Source of the DNA: a virus
Strand: one strand, 5' to 3'
IMG/VR virus record: IMGVR_UViG_3300048925_000129
DNA length: 64,000 nt
The stretch's first letter is position 1, and the number at the start of each line of letters is the position of its first letter. Shown here piece by piece: positions 51,401-58,940 of this stretch. A program made the position numbers and the translations under genes. The notes under the pieces are model-generated. The model had not been told where the DNA came from, did no database searches, and saw nothing but the letters and a program-made list of their open reading frames with translations.

Positions 51401-51470
51401 GCAAGCTAAATACGAAGAAGAGTTAGCCAAAACATTTGGTGGAAGCCCTGATAGAGCAGGGATGAGATAA
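45402..51470 (+). CDS. giant ejection protein with degenerate zincin-like domain
   Basis: 2022 aa, helical; EEVSH...REVLGK; C-terminal YEEGSY and a hydrophobic helix; single Cys at residue 3. Confidence 0.7.
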   Translation: MSCTITITPTGILQKVLDFNGVESELFKQIASLPYVNNVREALDIYLKTQAEDFQTSVAAAADRYSSTEPVLKFQLGNGDIVGNYYDALSQGAGEIITAGFEVNGDLVPLHSFSSELSPDTLAGKVNNLILSGVLSPSRSKIENEYRLQGKGDNITTISFNNVEALQQLNQAEDRFSIEKNTLRDKLTDNVLTDYIQEDYTVVDSNEYPVHNEQYETVILDNNNQFQVINNLELDQHIDSQTGPNLLLDRALNNLIDNEYDSTSTVDVDKILSNTDKEGIQKSLLKILNNLGVKVTSLSNYLANYKQKNGVDPSVEALSDLTQRVVALAETGNTLENLSEEVSHFLVEAYNNQDEINSVLPLVENSPEWVDESNFYFNLYQNEGLNGAELTNKVRREVLGKIISNSILNNQQSSMYDRALRLVNNFINTIKNYFSQGTKTTLNNLVNRITESALEEEKFANNFDAGNLNSSNFDIFYSAKPSTLSNNLNAAVTLMQKQLAVLQKEGTGRGLQMRMDTLRSQIEASDTLKSVSTYLDMVDTIYSDVNRKVKKAMELERKGQKVSPILMGPQAVSADILTTENLAHLSTLRDNLLNYNFLDAADKKTATSLIDKINSYSSDIQALSGELKNLTTQRGEEMVEQLMTEFRLPEKVRDDFQMQLNSKIHDVNMLMANFGNMQNASNPILLLLSKMMNRMYTTVRNKDLKVFNALSQKLKDIGMYDKLDRLMQRDSNGKLTNYFRSVVDYAKFDAAFEQEKVRLYNEALANDPATSSLTPVTSTDQIGSDGYPKEIDLSDEVRRNYNEQFKQWLEDNTETPYNGSFTKLRDDMFKAIENGVTLPDGTKIAMVIPDVVKQQMAEWARRRREIKEPYNVNGIVDYSQMSETERQQLNTIKKERKEASSLIDPLTQEEKTGTELEIARSYQAMNAYYMNQSKDQNKRSISGSFFEALSNMTEGKQGPQLAEANRMAFEFFNKNSGLAFNEKFWDAIKTNNLKASQKVENYIASNDIVGEEADIMMAQAARLEKLLSNRSAFLKQFSNPANPSEIDVESMSTAMLTSFKDLEQDIESLYSELNSKMESEDGLTPVLETESTANEAYIKALAEAVKLQPSLTEMEFMMGHMTALNKNKVTLFNQQFRDFKRTGIIPITGNFKYVTTRLLGLDPKATNSEIQRAITEYEARGGEALDSRFAKSKLLGYFKRFAPKGFSEFYDMLKTGEIVDSNGNIVTLSAVLEDIEKGRNGGTPQFTFTNKDGVNINLSQYLSVNAEVEWMEDQNPFTDNPNYVKNSPGSQYMGGSRQPKLSTYSNQDFINEFNVDMDAYKRTGKISSAGTTTEKANELEALNLIVESKFEALKNQGLQNTENSFKRFQVRKTTLEKAAKVAKGNVITTAKNALRDGWSNTVDKMMYGETVDGDINSNGRELSNLTVPVLNVRNIENLEDVTEDVMYGLMTHTHNAHLYTERQKVLAKSNQLEQLMLNKQKFIGKEAKNSRAYKWFQDYRKVNLLGVAELNKVEVPLFGKSVNLTNFLRSFDSYQGLINVGLNPAVSITSGTSAFTFSLTEGILGDYIPSDSYKWGSKRYMANQPAFMTETGKVEKTSEIYLLGEKFGLFRLTERLNGSQYNQALRTLFKDGLHGAAHTLTELMTHPYAPSAMYGVLHDFRYVTNKDGSHQLMNFSDFKRLNSKEFDTPKELDAAWKSFEDNSVAKNVSTENGVISYSDKFKGLWNEMYGDDQSKIDNELEYMENEITSGTENLVAKIDAKMPMYDKSTASRNALLRFALRHREWFTINMQNRWKSQHYNLNTHKYEEGSYISLSTYLKDTFKAFEFKKGVSNYKEFKNIYDQLDSHQQKNIQRVLVDAAISALLIMVGAMAIAPIVDDEENKDNWAIQYAGYMYFRLASEQMSVGITGIPQSKDVIEAPFVAVNSMKELMKPSNYSFDEVERGSYEGHSKLFKLIAKQTFARHYFDTIHGVTQKSDFFRLNNEWTLMGMSKQSKKEKDEQAKYEEELAKTFGGSPDRAGMR

Positions 51471-51474
51471 AATT

Positions 51475-51507
51475 AAAGCCTACTAGTATAAACTGGTAGG
51501 CTTTTTT
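51475..51507. terminator. bidirectional terminator between convergent modules
   Basis: aaagcctactag...ctggtaggcttt flanked by A and T runs. Confidence 0.85.
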
Positions 51508-52883
51508 AATATGTGATGTATTGTAACTTTCGTTACTGTATCTAAAGGTAAGTTGGACGTTAGGAGCCATTCTAAGTAGTATTTAGGCACTTCTGATAAA
51601 GGATTACCCTTGTGTTTACCTATGGTCAAGATATGGTCTACATTAGGCTCTATTGCAGCTTCAATCCTCATCTTTCTTTCCACTAACTCATCAAGATGTC
51701 TCTTAGTTACCTCTTCAGCTTTTAATGGAGTTCCAGAAACCATTCTATCTTTGTAGAAGACTTCGTATCCTATTCCTCTATAGTTCTCAATTGTGATATT
51801 ATGCATATCACCAAATTTAGCTAGGTTTCCTCCGAAGTCAATAAAAAGACCAAGTTTTCCCTCAAAAGGTCTTACAAGTCTCCCGTAGATCTGGTAAAAG
51901 ACTGCCAGGGAGTTTGTAGGTCTTCCCATTATCACGGTATCTAATCCAGGAAAGTCAAATCCTACTACTAAAGTTGAGTGACAAACAACCACTTTTATGA
52001 TCCCAGATTTAAACTCTTCAATGATTCTTTCCCTGTCTTTAGTCTTAGTCTTTCCATGAATTACTTCACAAGTGCTTCCAAGAGCATTCCTCATGATTTC
52101 ACAGTTTTCAACAGAATCCATGAAAACCAGAATAGATTTTCTGTCAGGTAAAAGTTGCTTGATTCTCTTGTAGATCTTGTTGTTAATGTTCTGATCTTTA
52201 TTTCTACTGGCTATTGAGTTTTCATCGTAATCGTTTCCTGTTGAATTTAAGAAAAGACCTGTAGTATCAAATTCATGCTGCTCCAATTGGATATCAGCCC
52301 AGAATTTATTTTTTATAAGTTCCTCAATCTGAGTGACATGAGCAAACTCATTAAAAATTTTAGGAAATGTTGAAGGCAGCATCTTAAGAAGATACTCCGA
52401 GAACCCGTTAGGTCCTGTCTGTGAGTCGAGTCTAAATGGAGTAGCAGTATATCCTAGAATGTATTTAGGGTTCATCTTACTGATAAACTTCTTTAGCATT
52501 CCTCCACTAGCATCTGTATTTAAATGACATTCATCTATAATCAGTAGCTTAGTTTTATTTGCATTGAATAGATCCCCTAAATCTTTGATACTTTTCAGTG
52601 AGGCATATGTTACCTTACCTATTTCTTTTGAGTTCAATTTTGCTGCATAAATGGAAGCCTCACCACCATAGTCAATAAACTTCTGATAGTTCTGTTTCAA
52701 GATCTCCATTGTCGGACTAATAATAAGAGCCCTATCTCCATAATCATGAACTACCTTTGCCTGAAGTAAGGACTTACCCCCACCTGTAGGAACAACATTA
52801 ATCTTTGATCCTTTTCTAGAGCCAGTTACGAAATTCATACTAGCCTCATGACTTTTGTTTTGATAATCTCTAAATGTAAACAT
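51483..52883 (-). CDS. superfamily 2 (RadD/UvsW-like) helicase
   Basis: PTGGGKS, DECH, TATP, GFD.P and QIYGR motifs; C-terminal GKHKG...VP..YL.W domain. Confidence 0.9.
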   Translation of the reverse strand: MFTFRDYQNKSHEASMNFVTGSRKGSKINVVPTGGGKSLLQAKVVHDYGDRALIISPTMEILKQNYQKFIDYGGEASIYAAKLNSKEIGKVTYASLKSIKDLGDLFNANKTKLLIIDECHLNTDASGGMLKKFISKMNPKYILGYTATPFRLDSQTGPNGFSEYLLKMLPSTFPKIFNEFAHVTQIEELIKNKFWADIQLEQHEFDTTGLFLNSTGNDYDENSIASRNKDQNINNKIYKRIKQLLPDRKSILVFMDSVENCEIMRNALGSTCEVIHGKTKTKDRERIIEEFKSGIIKVVVCHSTLVVGFDFPGLDTVIMGRPTNSLAVFYQIYGRLVRPFEGKLGLFIDFGGNLAKFGDMHNITIENYRGIGYEVFYKDRMVSGTPLKAEEVTKRHLDELVERKMRIEAAIEPNVDHILTIGKHKGNPLSEVPKYYLEWLLTSNLPLDTVTKVTIHHILKKPTSLY

Positions 52884-52896
52884 AGACTTTTAAATT

Positions 52897-52920
52897 AAAA
52901 GCCCACCTTAATGATGGGCT
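52897..52920 (-). terminator. possible intrinsic terminator
   Basis: agccca...tgggct stem with an A run on the + strand. Confidence 0.5.
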
Positions 52921-52925
52921 AGTTT

Positions 52926-53270
52926 TTAGTTTACTTCTTCTACAAGAACTTTGATAATGCCTTGCTTCAAAGAAGCTATTTGTGAAAAAGCTGCCTTGCT
53001 AAGGTCAACGATCTTTGGAAGCCTAAAAGGTCCAGTGTCGGTAACTTTTACAATTACACTCTTTCCATTCTCCGAGTTTGTGATTCTCAGTTGAGAACCA
53101 AGTTTGTACACATTTGATGCACACGTCAAGGCAGATTGATAGAACGTACTTCCATCGGCTGCCTTTCTACCATTGTACTTATCATGGTAGAAGGTTGCTT
53201 TCCCTGTCTGCTGGGAAAAGGCAAAGGAGAATAACATCATCGTTAGTGCTGTTAAAAATTTCTTTAACAT
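52926..53270 (-). CDS. RlpA-like (double-psi beta-barrel) lytic transglycosylase with signal peptide
   Basis: GKATFY, NGKSVIVKVTDTGPF and IVDLS..AF motifs; start moved to ATG 53270 (MLKKFL..., AFS cleavage site). Confidence 0.85.
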   Translation of the reverse strand: MLKKFLTALTMMLFSFAFSQQTGKATFYHDKYNGRKAADGSTFYQSALTCASNVYKLGSQLRITNSENGKSVIVKVTDTGPFRLPKIVDLSKAAFSQIASLKQGIIKVLVEEVN

Positions 53271-53374
53271 ATTTTCCGATTTAGTTATATGTGTAGACAC
53301 CAACACTATCCTCTTTTTAAAGCCGTCACTGGACGACAGGTGCTTGTTTTGTTGTCTTTTTCAAAAATTGAAGC

Positions 53375-53408
53375 TGCAAAGATACAAATAGTATCTGATA
53401 CTCACAAC
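53375..53408 (-). promoter_or_regulatory. Bacteroidota promoter
   Basis: Minus strand TTG...TATCTTTGCA. Confidence 0.7.
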
Positions 53409-53424
53409 TTTATAAGAAAAAGTA

Positions 53425-54129
53425 TTATGGGTTTGTGATCTTTTCCTTAAGAATTTTCTTTATTTTATCTTGGAATTCTTGATCTCCCTTGGCACTCCCA
53501 GTGAAATAAAACTCGGAGTTTGCCTTCTTTGGAATCTTCAACTGTGATAAATCCCATAACCATTGGTCTTCAGAACTTCGGGTTGGGCTTATGAAGAAGT
53601 GAGTAGGTAAGTTGTAAGTCTTGGTAAAAAGCTCAAACAATCTACTTTCCTTTAAATGGAAGTGAATAGAGAAAGCCAAGGACTGACCTTTCCATATCAA
53701 ATTATCCAATCTCATAGTATAATCACCAGAGCTGGATATGTAGTTCTCAATAACCGACTTTATAGCTTGAGGACCAAAACCTGTCTCCTGGATAAACCAG
53801 ATAAGTCTCTTTTGAACTTCTAGAGCATTTCCTGTTTCCTTGTTATCATACTCATAAAGAGCCATAAGTTCCTTAGTAAGATTTCCTACATCTTCAGTAA
53901 GATCTTTTGTTCCAAGAGCATCTAGGAAAGCTTTACCGTTCTTTGTTAATCTCACAGATAAGTGAGGCTCCTTGGGAGCTTTTAGGAAAGTTACTAATCC
54001 CAGCTCGACATACTTACTGAAATCAACCCCTTCTAACAACACAGACTCTTTCTGGTTCACCTTAATCAGAGTATCTAAATCTCCTAGAGTAAGGTTCTTT
54101 TTAAATAATAGTTCATAGTTTATATACAT
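53425..54129 (-). CDS. hypothetical protein, possibly replication initiator/helicase loader
   Basis: 234 aa directly downstream of the DnaB-like gene; winged-helix-like VRLTKNG. Confidence 0.4.
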   Translation of the reverse strand: MYINYELLFKKNLTLGDLDTLIKVNQKESVLLEGVDFSKYVELGLVTFLKAPKEPHLSVRLTKNGKAFLDALGTKDLTEDVGNLTKELMALYEYDNKETGNALEVQKRLIWFIQETGFGPQAIKSVIENYISSSGDYTMRLDNLIWKGQSLAFSIHFHLKESRLFELFTKTYNLPTHFFISPTRSSEDQWLWDLSQLKIPKKANSEFYFTGSAKGDQEFQDKIKKILKEKITNP

Positions 54130-54141
54130 ATCTTTTGATTT

Positions 54142-55269
54142 TTAATGAAATGGATCATTAGTTTCTGAGTCATCATATCTACCAAATATCTCTGGTGCAG
54201 CATCTAACTGAGGTAAAACGTCATGGTCAACATATGTGGTTGCCATAGTTGGAGTTAAACCCTTATGCAGTTCATCTATCCATAAGTCTAGAACAGTACC
54301 ATCATCATCTTCCCTTAGTTTAATAAAATGGTAGAAGATCAAACCTCTTGTTCTAAATGGAGATGTTCTCTTTTCAGGAGTTAGTTTATAATGATTGAAC
54401 ATAGGATACATGTCTTGATGGACAACCATATGCTCCTGAACTCCCAATTTAAATGGATTGTGAACGACTAATATAACGTCAGATAATTGATAAAGGAAAT
54501 CTGATTGATAAAGGTCTCCTTTCTTTGGGGCACTGTTCTTAGCATTTTCTCTTTCTTCAATGTTTCTGTTTAACTGAGAAAGAATTATGAAAGAAACGTT
54601 ATCATATTTATTCTTTAGAACGTTGATATACTCAATCAAGTTGTCAATTGCATCCTTTTTACCTGCCATAGTTTGTTTAACAAGGGCAATGTGGTCAATA
54701 GTGATTACAATGTGTTCTATATGCTGGTGAGCTATAATAAAAGCTTCAGTTATTTCAAACCAAATATGAGGATCAGTCGGATTCTCAAAGTATTTTATCC
54801 TAGGATCAGATTCTCTTTCCTCAATTACAGAGAACATTGCTTCCTCTTCCTCAGTAAATGGGTTTGTCCCAAGAATTTCTGAGATCTTTTTCCCTAAGTG
54901 ATTCTTTAAAGCTCTTAAGAATAGCTTGAAAACTGACATCTCGTAGTTGTTTCTTAATACAAGATAGTTCTTAGCATTCGGATTTAATTCTTCATTCAAA
55001 ATGTCATCTTCCAATTCCTGCATCAAAGTGGTCTTACCGTGACCTGATGATCCTGCTATCCCAAAAACTGTTCCAGGAAAAAGTCCTCCTAACAATGCTT
55101 GGTTAACAAATTCTTTTCTAAACTTAATTGGCTTTAACTTTCCACTTTTAAACTCTCTAAGTCTCTGAGCTGCTTTCTGGACCAGCTCTTTGGAGTCTTT
55201 TATATACACAGGTGTCGGTGGTTTTGCTGGCTCCAGTAAGTCTGCCAGTACATCTTCAGCTATAGCCAT
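54142..55269 (-). CDS. dnaB: DnaB-like replicative helicase
   Basis: GSSGHGKT Walker A, YEM, IDH, LSQLNR and KLR motifs. Confidence 0.85.
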   Translation of the reverse strand: MAIAEDVLADLLEPAKPPTPVYIKDSKELVQKAAQRLREFKSGKLKPIKFRKEFVNQALLGGLFPGTVFGIAGSSGHGKTTLMQELEDDILNEELNPNAKNYLVLRNNYEMSVFKLFLRALKNHLGKKISEILGTNPFTEEEEAMFSVIEERESDPRIKYFENPTDPHIWFEITEAFIIAHQHIEHIVITIDHIALVKQTMAGKKDAIDNLIEYINVLKNKYDNVSFIILSQLNRNIEERENAKNSAPKKGDLYQSDFLYQLSDVILVVHNPFKLGVQEHMVVHQDMYPMFNHYKLTPEKRTSPFRTRGLIFYHFIKLREDDDGTVLDLWIDELHKGLTPTMATTYVDHDVLPQLDAAPEIFGRYDDSETNDPFH

Positions 55270-55511
55270 TAGTCAATTTTTATGTTTTGATTATTGTATG
55301 AAGTTAGAACGATGTGAAACTTTTTATCATAGTATTCAGTGACTCTCCCTAACAAATTCTGTTTTATTTGAGCTGGTTGTAACCAAGCAGTAAAGCTGTT
55401 TGAGAAGTGATAAAGACTCCCAGTATAACCAGATAGGTCTTTAGCAGCCTCATAAAGTATTTCAATCCCTATTCCTCTTCGTCTTAGTGATAAGTATGTT
55501 TCTCTATTCAT
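55269..55511 (-). CDS. hypothetical protein
   Basis: 80 aa; first gene after a promoter, coupled to dnaB. Confidence 0.6.
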   Translation of the reverse strand: MNRETYLSLRRRGIGIEILYEAAKDLSGYTGSLYHFSNSFTAWLQPAQIKQNLLGRVTEYYDKKFHIVLTSYNNQNIKID

Positions 55512-55513
55512 TT

Positions 55514-55548
55514 TGCAAATATATAAAAAATAATTGAGATTACCAAAA
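55514..55548 (-). promoter_or_regulatory. Bacteroidota promoter (probably leaderless)
   Basis: Minus strand TTTG...TATATTTGCAAA directly followed by ATG. Confidence 0.75.
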
Positions 55549-55565
55549 TTTTAACATTATTTAAT

Positions 55566-55599
55566 AAAAAAACAAAGGGTGCAGTAAAAACCACACCCT
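55566..55599 (-). terminator. intrinsic terminator after groEL
   Basis: agggtg...caccct with an A run on the + strand. Confidence 0.65.
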
Positions 55600-55620
55600 C
55601 CATCAACAAACAATTAATAA

Positions 55621-57252
55621 TTAAGGCAAGTTAATATCAACTGGTTTAGAGTTGTCTGCCTCATAGTTTATAGTACATCCTGTAGTAAGAAGAGTTCCTG
55701 CAATGGAAACAGCATTTATTAAAGCCGTTTTGGTTACAAGAACAGGATCTATGACACCATATTTCAAGCCATCTTTAAAGCTTTCTGACATTACATCATA
55801 CACAATGTTTTTAGACTTCTTAAGGAGTTCTTTTTCTACTTCTTGAACATCCAGACCAGCATTACCCACAATCTGTCTGAAAGGTTCTTTAATAGCTTGT
55901 AATAGTACAAGTCTTCCTTTGTTTACATCTCCTGAAGTTTTAGAGAGGTCCGTTTCTTTGAATCCTTTATCTCCAATTCTTAAAAGTGGAGCTCCACCTC
56001 CAGGAATAATTCCATCAATAAGAGAAGATTTAACTGCATTTACAGCATCTTCAACCCTATCTTTAAGTTCAATTTTTTCTACGTCTGAGTAACCTCCTAC
56101 TTTAACGACAACTACACCCCCTTTTAGTCTGGCATATCTTTTTTCTTGGTAGTTTTTAATCTCATCGTCTTCGGCATTCTCCAACCTTTGTTTTACATGG
56201 TCAATTCTGTCAGCAATATATTCGTCAGAACCATAACCACCGATGATAGAAGTGTCATCAGAACCAACAATAATTCTGGCAGCTCTTCCAAGATGTTCCT
56301 CTCTGATGTCTTGTAATTTGATTCCTGTTAAGTTGCTGGCAAAGATACCTCCTGTAACAATTGCAATATCTTCCAAGTAATCAAGTCTTCTGTCACCGAA
56401 TTCTGGAGCCTTAACTACAGCTACTTGAAGAGCACCGTTCATTTTGTTTAGGATTAGCTTCTCTTCTGCTCTGATATCAATATCTTCACAGATAATAAGA
56501 AGAGGTTTGTTCTGAGCTTTAGCAGCAACCAATTTAAGAACTTCCTGGATCTCATTCATGTCATGGATAACATAATCACAGATTAGAACGTAAGCATCTG
56601 TAAAGTCGGCAGTTCCTTTTGGGTTGTTCATGTAATAAGGGTTGTTGTAACCATTCTTAAAACTGATTCCTTCTACTTTCTCAAAGTATGACTCAATGGA
56701 ATCTTTTGAAACCTCAATAGCAACATTACCATCTTTTCCAACTTCTTTGTAAACATCAGTTACGATCCTTGCAATCTTCTCATCTCCATTGGCTGAGATA
56801 TAAGCTACTTTGTAAGTCTGTTCAATGTCATCTATGGAAACTGAATAATTGTCCAGAGATTTTAAAACCTCTTGCAACTGAGTATCCAGACCTCTTTTTA
56901 ACATAATTGGATGAACCCCATCCTTAAGAATTGCATTTTTACCATACTGAATAATAGCATTAGCTAAACTGGTAGCTGTAGTAGTACCATCACCCACTTG
57001 ATCATTTGTCTCCAGAGCTACGTTTTTAATCATGGTAGCTGCAATATTTTCTACTACGTCTTTTAAGACAATAGATTTTGCTACAGTAACCCCATCTTTT
57101 GTTACATGAGGTAAAGATGACCCGAAACCATCTTCTATAAGAACATTCTGTCCCTTAGCCCCCATTGTAATCGTTACTGCATCATTGAATTGTTGTGCCC
57201 CTCTAGCTAATTTTTCCAGAGCATCTCCTTTAAATAAAATTTGTTTTCCCAT
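55621..57252 (-). CDS. groEL: chaperonin GroEL
   Basis: TKDGVTVAK, GDGTTT, KAPEFGDRR, EDAVNA, PGGG and GVIDP motifs; no GGM tail. Confidence 0.95.
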   Translation of the reverse strand: MGKQILFKGDALEKLARGAQQFNDAVTITMGAKGQNVLIEDGFGSSLPHVTKDGVTVAKSIVLKDVVENIAATMIKNVALETNDQVGDGTTTATSLANAIIQYGKNAILKDGVHPIMLKRGLDTQLQEVLKSLDNYSVSIDDIEQTYKVAYISANGDEKIARIVTDVYKEVGKDGNVAIEVSKDSIESYFEKVEGISFKNGYNNPYYMNNPKGTADFTDAYVLICDYVIHDMNEIQEVLKLVAAKAQNKPLLIICEDIDIRAEEKLILNKMNGALQVAVVKAPEFGDRRLDYLEDIAIVTGGIFASNLTGIKLQDIREEHLGRAARIIVGSDDTSIIGGYGSDEYIADRIDHVKQRLENAEDDEIKNYQEKRYARLKGGVVVVKVGGYSDVEKIELKDRVEDAVNAVKSSLIDGIIPGGGAPLLRIGDKGFKETDLSKTSGDVNKGRLVLLQAIKEPFRQIVGNAGLDVQEVEKELLKKSKNIVYDVMSESFKDGLKYGVIDPVLVTKTALINAVSIAGTLLTTGCTINYEADNSKPVDINLP

Positions 57253-57264
57253 CTTTAAATATAA

Positions 57265-58377
57265 TTATTTTTTAATTCCTGTTGAAAGTTCTCCCTTAAT
57301 TGCTGGGTGGGATTTGTACCCGTTTAATTTGAAGCCTTTGTAATCTAAGGTGTTTATCAATAGATCTAGTGATACATCAGTTAATTTTGACCACCCTTCT
57401 CCTTTTGCTATGATTTCCAAGGCTGGAAGAGGTATAGGTTCCCTAGTAAGCTGCTCATCAATTTGTTCTTTGTGGTTGTCATAGATATGAACATCTCCGA
57501 AAGTGTGGATAAATTCTCCTGGAATCATATCACAGATCTCACACAAGATATGAGTAAGTAATGCATAAGAAGAGATGTTATATGGAACTCCTAAGAAGAG
57601 GTCAGCACTTCTTTGATACATCTGACAATCTAATTTGAACTTTGGAACTCCTGATTTATTTAACCTATCTTCATCCACAGGACCTACCCGTCTTACTTCA
57701 TTTTTCTCAAATATGAAAACTCTTTCTTTATAAGATAAAGGTCTACAGTTAAACTGGACTAAGGCATGACAAGCATTTAGAGCCATATCATTTAATGTTG
57801 CTGGATTCCAAGCAGTGATAATGTGTCTTCTACCTAATGGGTTGTTTTTCAAACCATCAATAAGGTCTTTAATCTGGTCAATATATCCACAATTTTTTTC
57901 TCCTAATGGGTAAGAGTTACCAAGACCATCATCTGTAATTGCTTCCCAGTTTCTCCATAACCATCCATACTGTTTTCCACAATCTCCAAGTATATAACCT
58001 GGTGGTAATGCTACAAGTCTAGTAGCTTGATTCTTTAATGCTGCTTCAAACTCTGCAAATGACCATAAATCATCAGTAGGTAGACCAGCTCTATAACATA
58101 ATTTAACGTAGTAGCTGTAAGCATCTTCATTCCAGATGTCACAACCTTGTTTTACCAAAGTTCTTACGTTTGTGTCTCCTCTTAAGAACCATAGTAATTC
58201 GTTTACAACGTTCTTAAAGGAAATCTTTTTTGTAGTCAGAATTGGGAATCCCTCAGATAGGTCATGTCTAAACTGATATCCAAATAGACTTGTTGTTCCA
58301 GGCATTCCTTCCCTGGCTGGAGCCTTATAGGTTCCTCTTGTTTTCACTGCTTCTGCAAGCTCTAAATACTGTTTCAT
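57265..58377 (-). CDS. thyA: thymidylate synthase
   Basis: FPILTTKK, ELLWFL.G, ALNACH and YQRSADLFLGVPYN motifs. Confidence 0.95.
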   Translation of the reverse strand: MKQYLELAEAVKTRGTYKAPAREGMPGTTSLFGYQFRHDLSEGFPILTTKKISFKNVVNELLWFLRGDTNVRTLVKQGCDIWNEDAYSYYVKLCYRAGLPTDDLWSFAEFEAALKNQATRLVALPPGYILGDCGKQYGWLWRNWEAITDDGLGNSYPLGEKNCGYIDQIKDLIDGLKNNPLGRRHIITAWNPATLNDMALNACHALVQFNCRPLSYKERVFIFEKNEVRRVGPVDEDRLNKSGVPKFKLDCQMYQRSADLFLGVPYNISSYALLTHILCEICDMIPGEFIHTFGDVHIYDNHKEQIDEQLTREPIPLPALEIIAKGEGWSKLTDVSLDLLINTLDYKGFKLNGYKSHPAIKGELSTGIKK

Positions 58378-58709
58378 TCAAATATTATTTCGTCTTCTAT
58401 TCTAGGTAATAGTTTTCTAAGTTCTTTGTCAGACAGGAGAACAACATCTCCTTTGACTATCTTAGATCCTTTAATTGCTTCAGCTTTATACTGAACTAAA
58501 TCACACTCATCTTCTTTGGGACACCAAGAAGTTTCTGGGTGAATCCATCTAGAGTAGTGAATATCTATGTGAGCCTTGATGAAATGTTGTATTCCATCTA
58601 CCTCGAATTCCATCTCCACGACTTTACTATCGTAGTAATCATGTCTTCCCCTCTTAGGAGACTGATCAAAATCCAGTAGCTCATTAAACTTTATCGTTAT
58701 CATGGTCAA
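58374..58709 (-). CDS. hypothetical protein
   Basis: 111 aa, overlaps both neighbours. Confidence 0.6.
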   Translation of the reverse strand: MTMITIKFNELLDFDQSPKRGRHDYYDSKVVEMEFEVDGIQHFIKAHIDIHYSRWIHPETSWCPKEDECDLVQYKAEAIKGSKIVKGDVVLLSDKELRKLLPRIEDEIIFE

Positions 58710-58884
58710 CTCTTAAAATTACTTTTCCATCAGAGTCAGTTAAGAACTCTGTCTTGTTTCCATTATACTCTATTTTTACTGTAGAGTTATAAACATTTTC
58801 CAATGTGACATCTGCATCCCCAACTGAGTAGACATGCTTATTTTTTCCAAACAATTCTCTAAAGAACCTTCTAATCTTTTTCAT
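58684..58884 (-). CDS. small hypothetical protein
   Basis: Start moved to ATG 58884 because the listed 5' extension runs through the promoter. Confidence 0.55.
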   Translation of the reverse strand: MKKIRRFFRELFGKNKHVYSVGDADVTLENVYNSTVKIEYNGNKTEFLTDSDGKVILRVDHDNDKV

Positions 58885-58886
58885 AC

Positions 58887-58920
58887 TGCAAATATAAGAA
58901 AAAAAAATGACACTTGCAAG
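58887..58920 (-). promoter_or_regulatory. Bacteroidota promoter overlapping a terminator-like hairpin (probably leaderless)
   Basis: Minus strand CTTG...TATATTTGCAGT-ATG; cacttg/caagtg stem next to an A run. Confidence 0.7.
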
Positions 58921-58940
58921 TTTTACAAGTGCCAATATAG

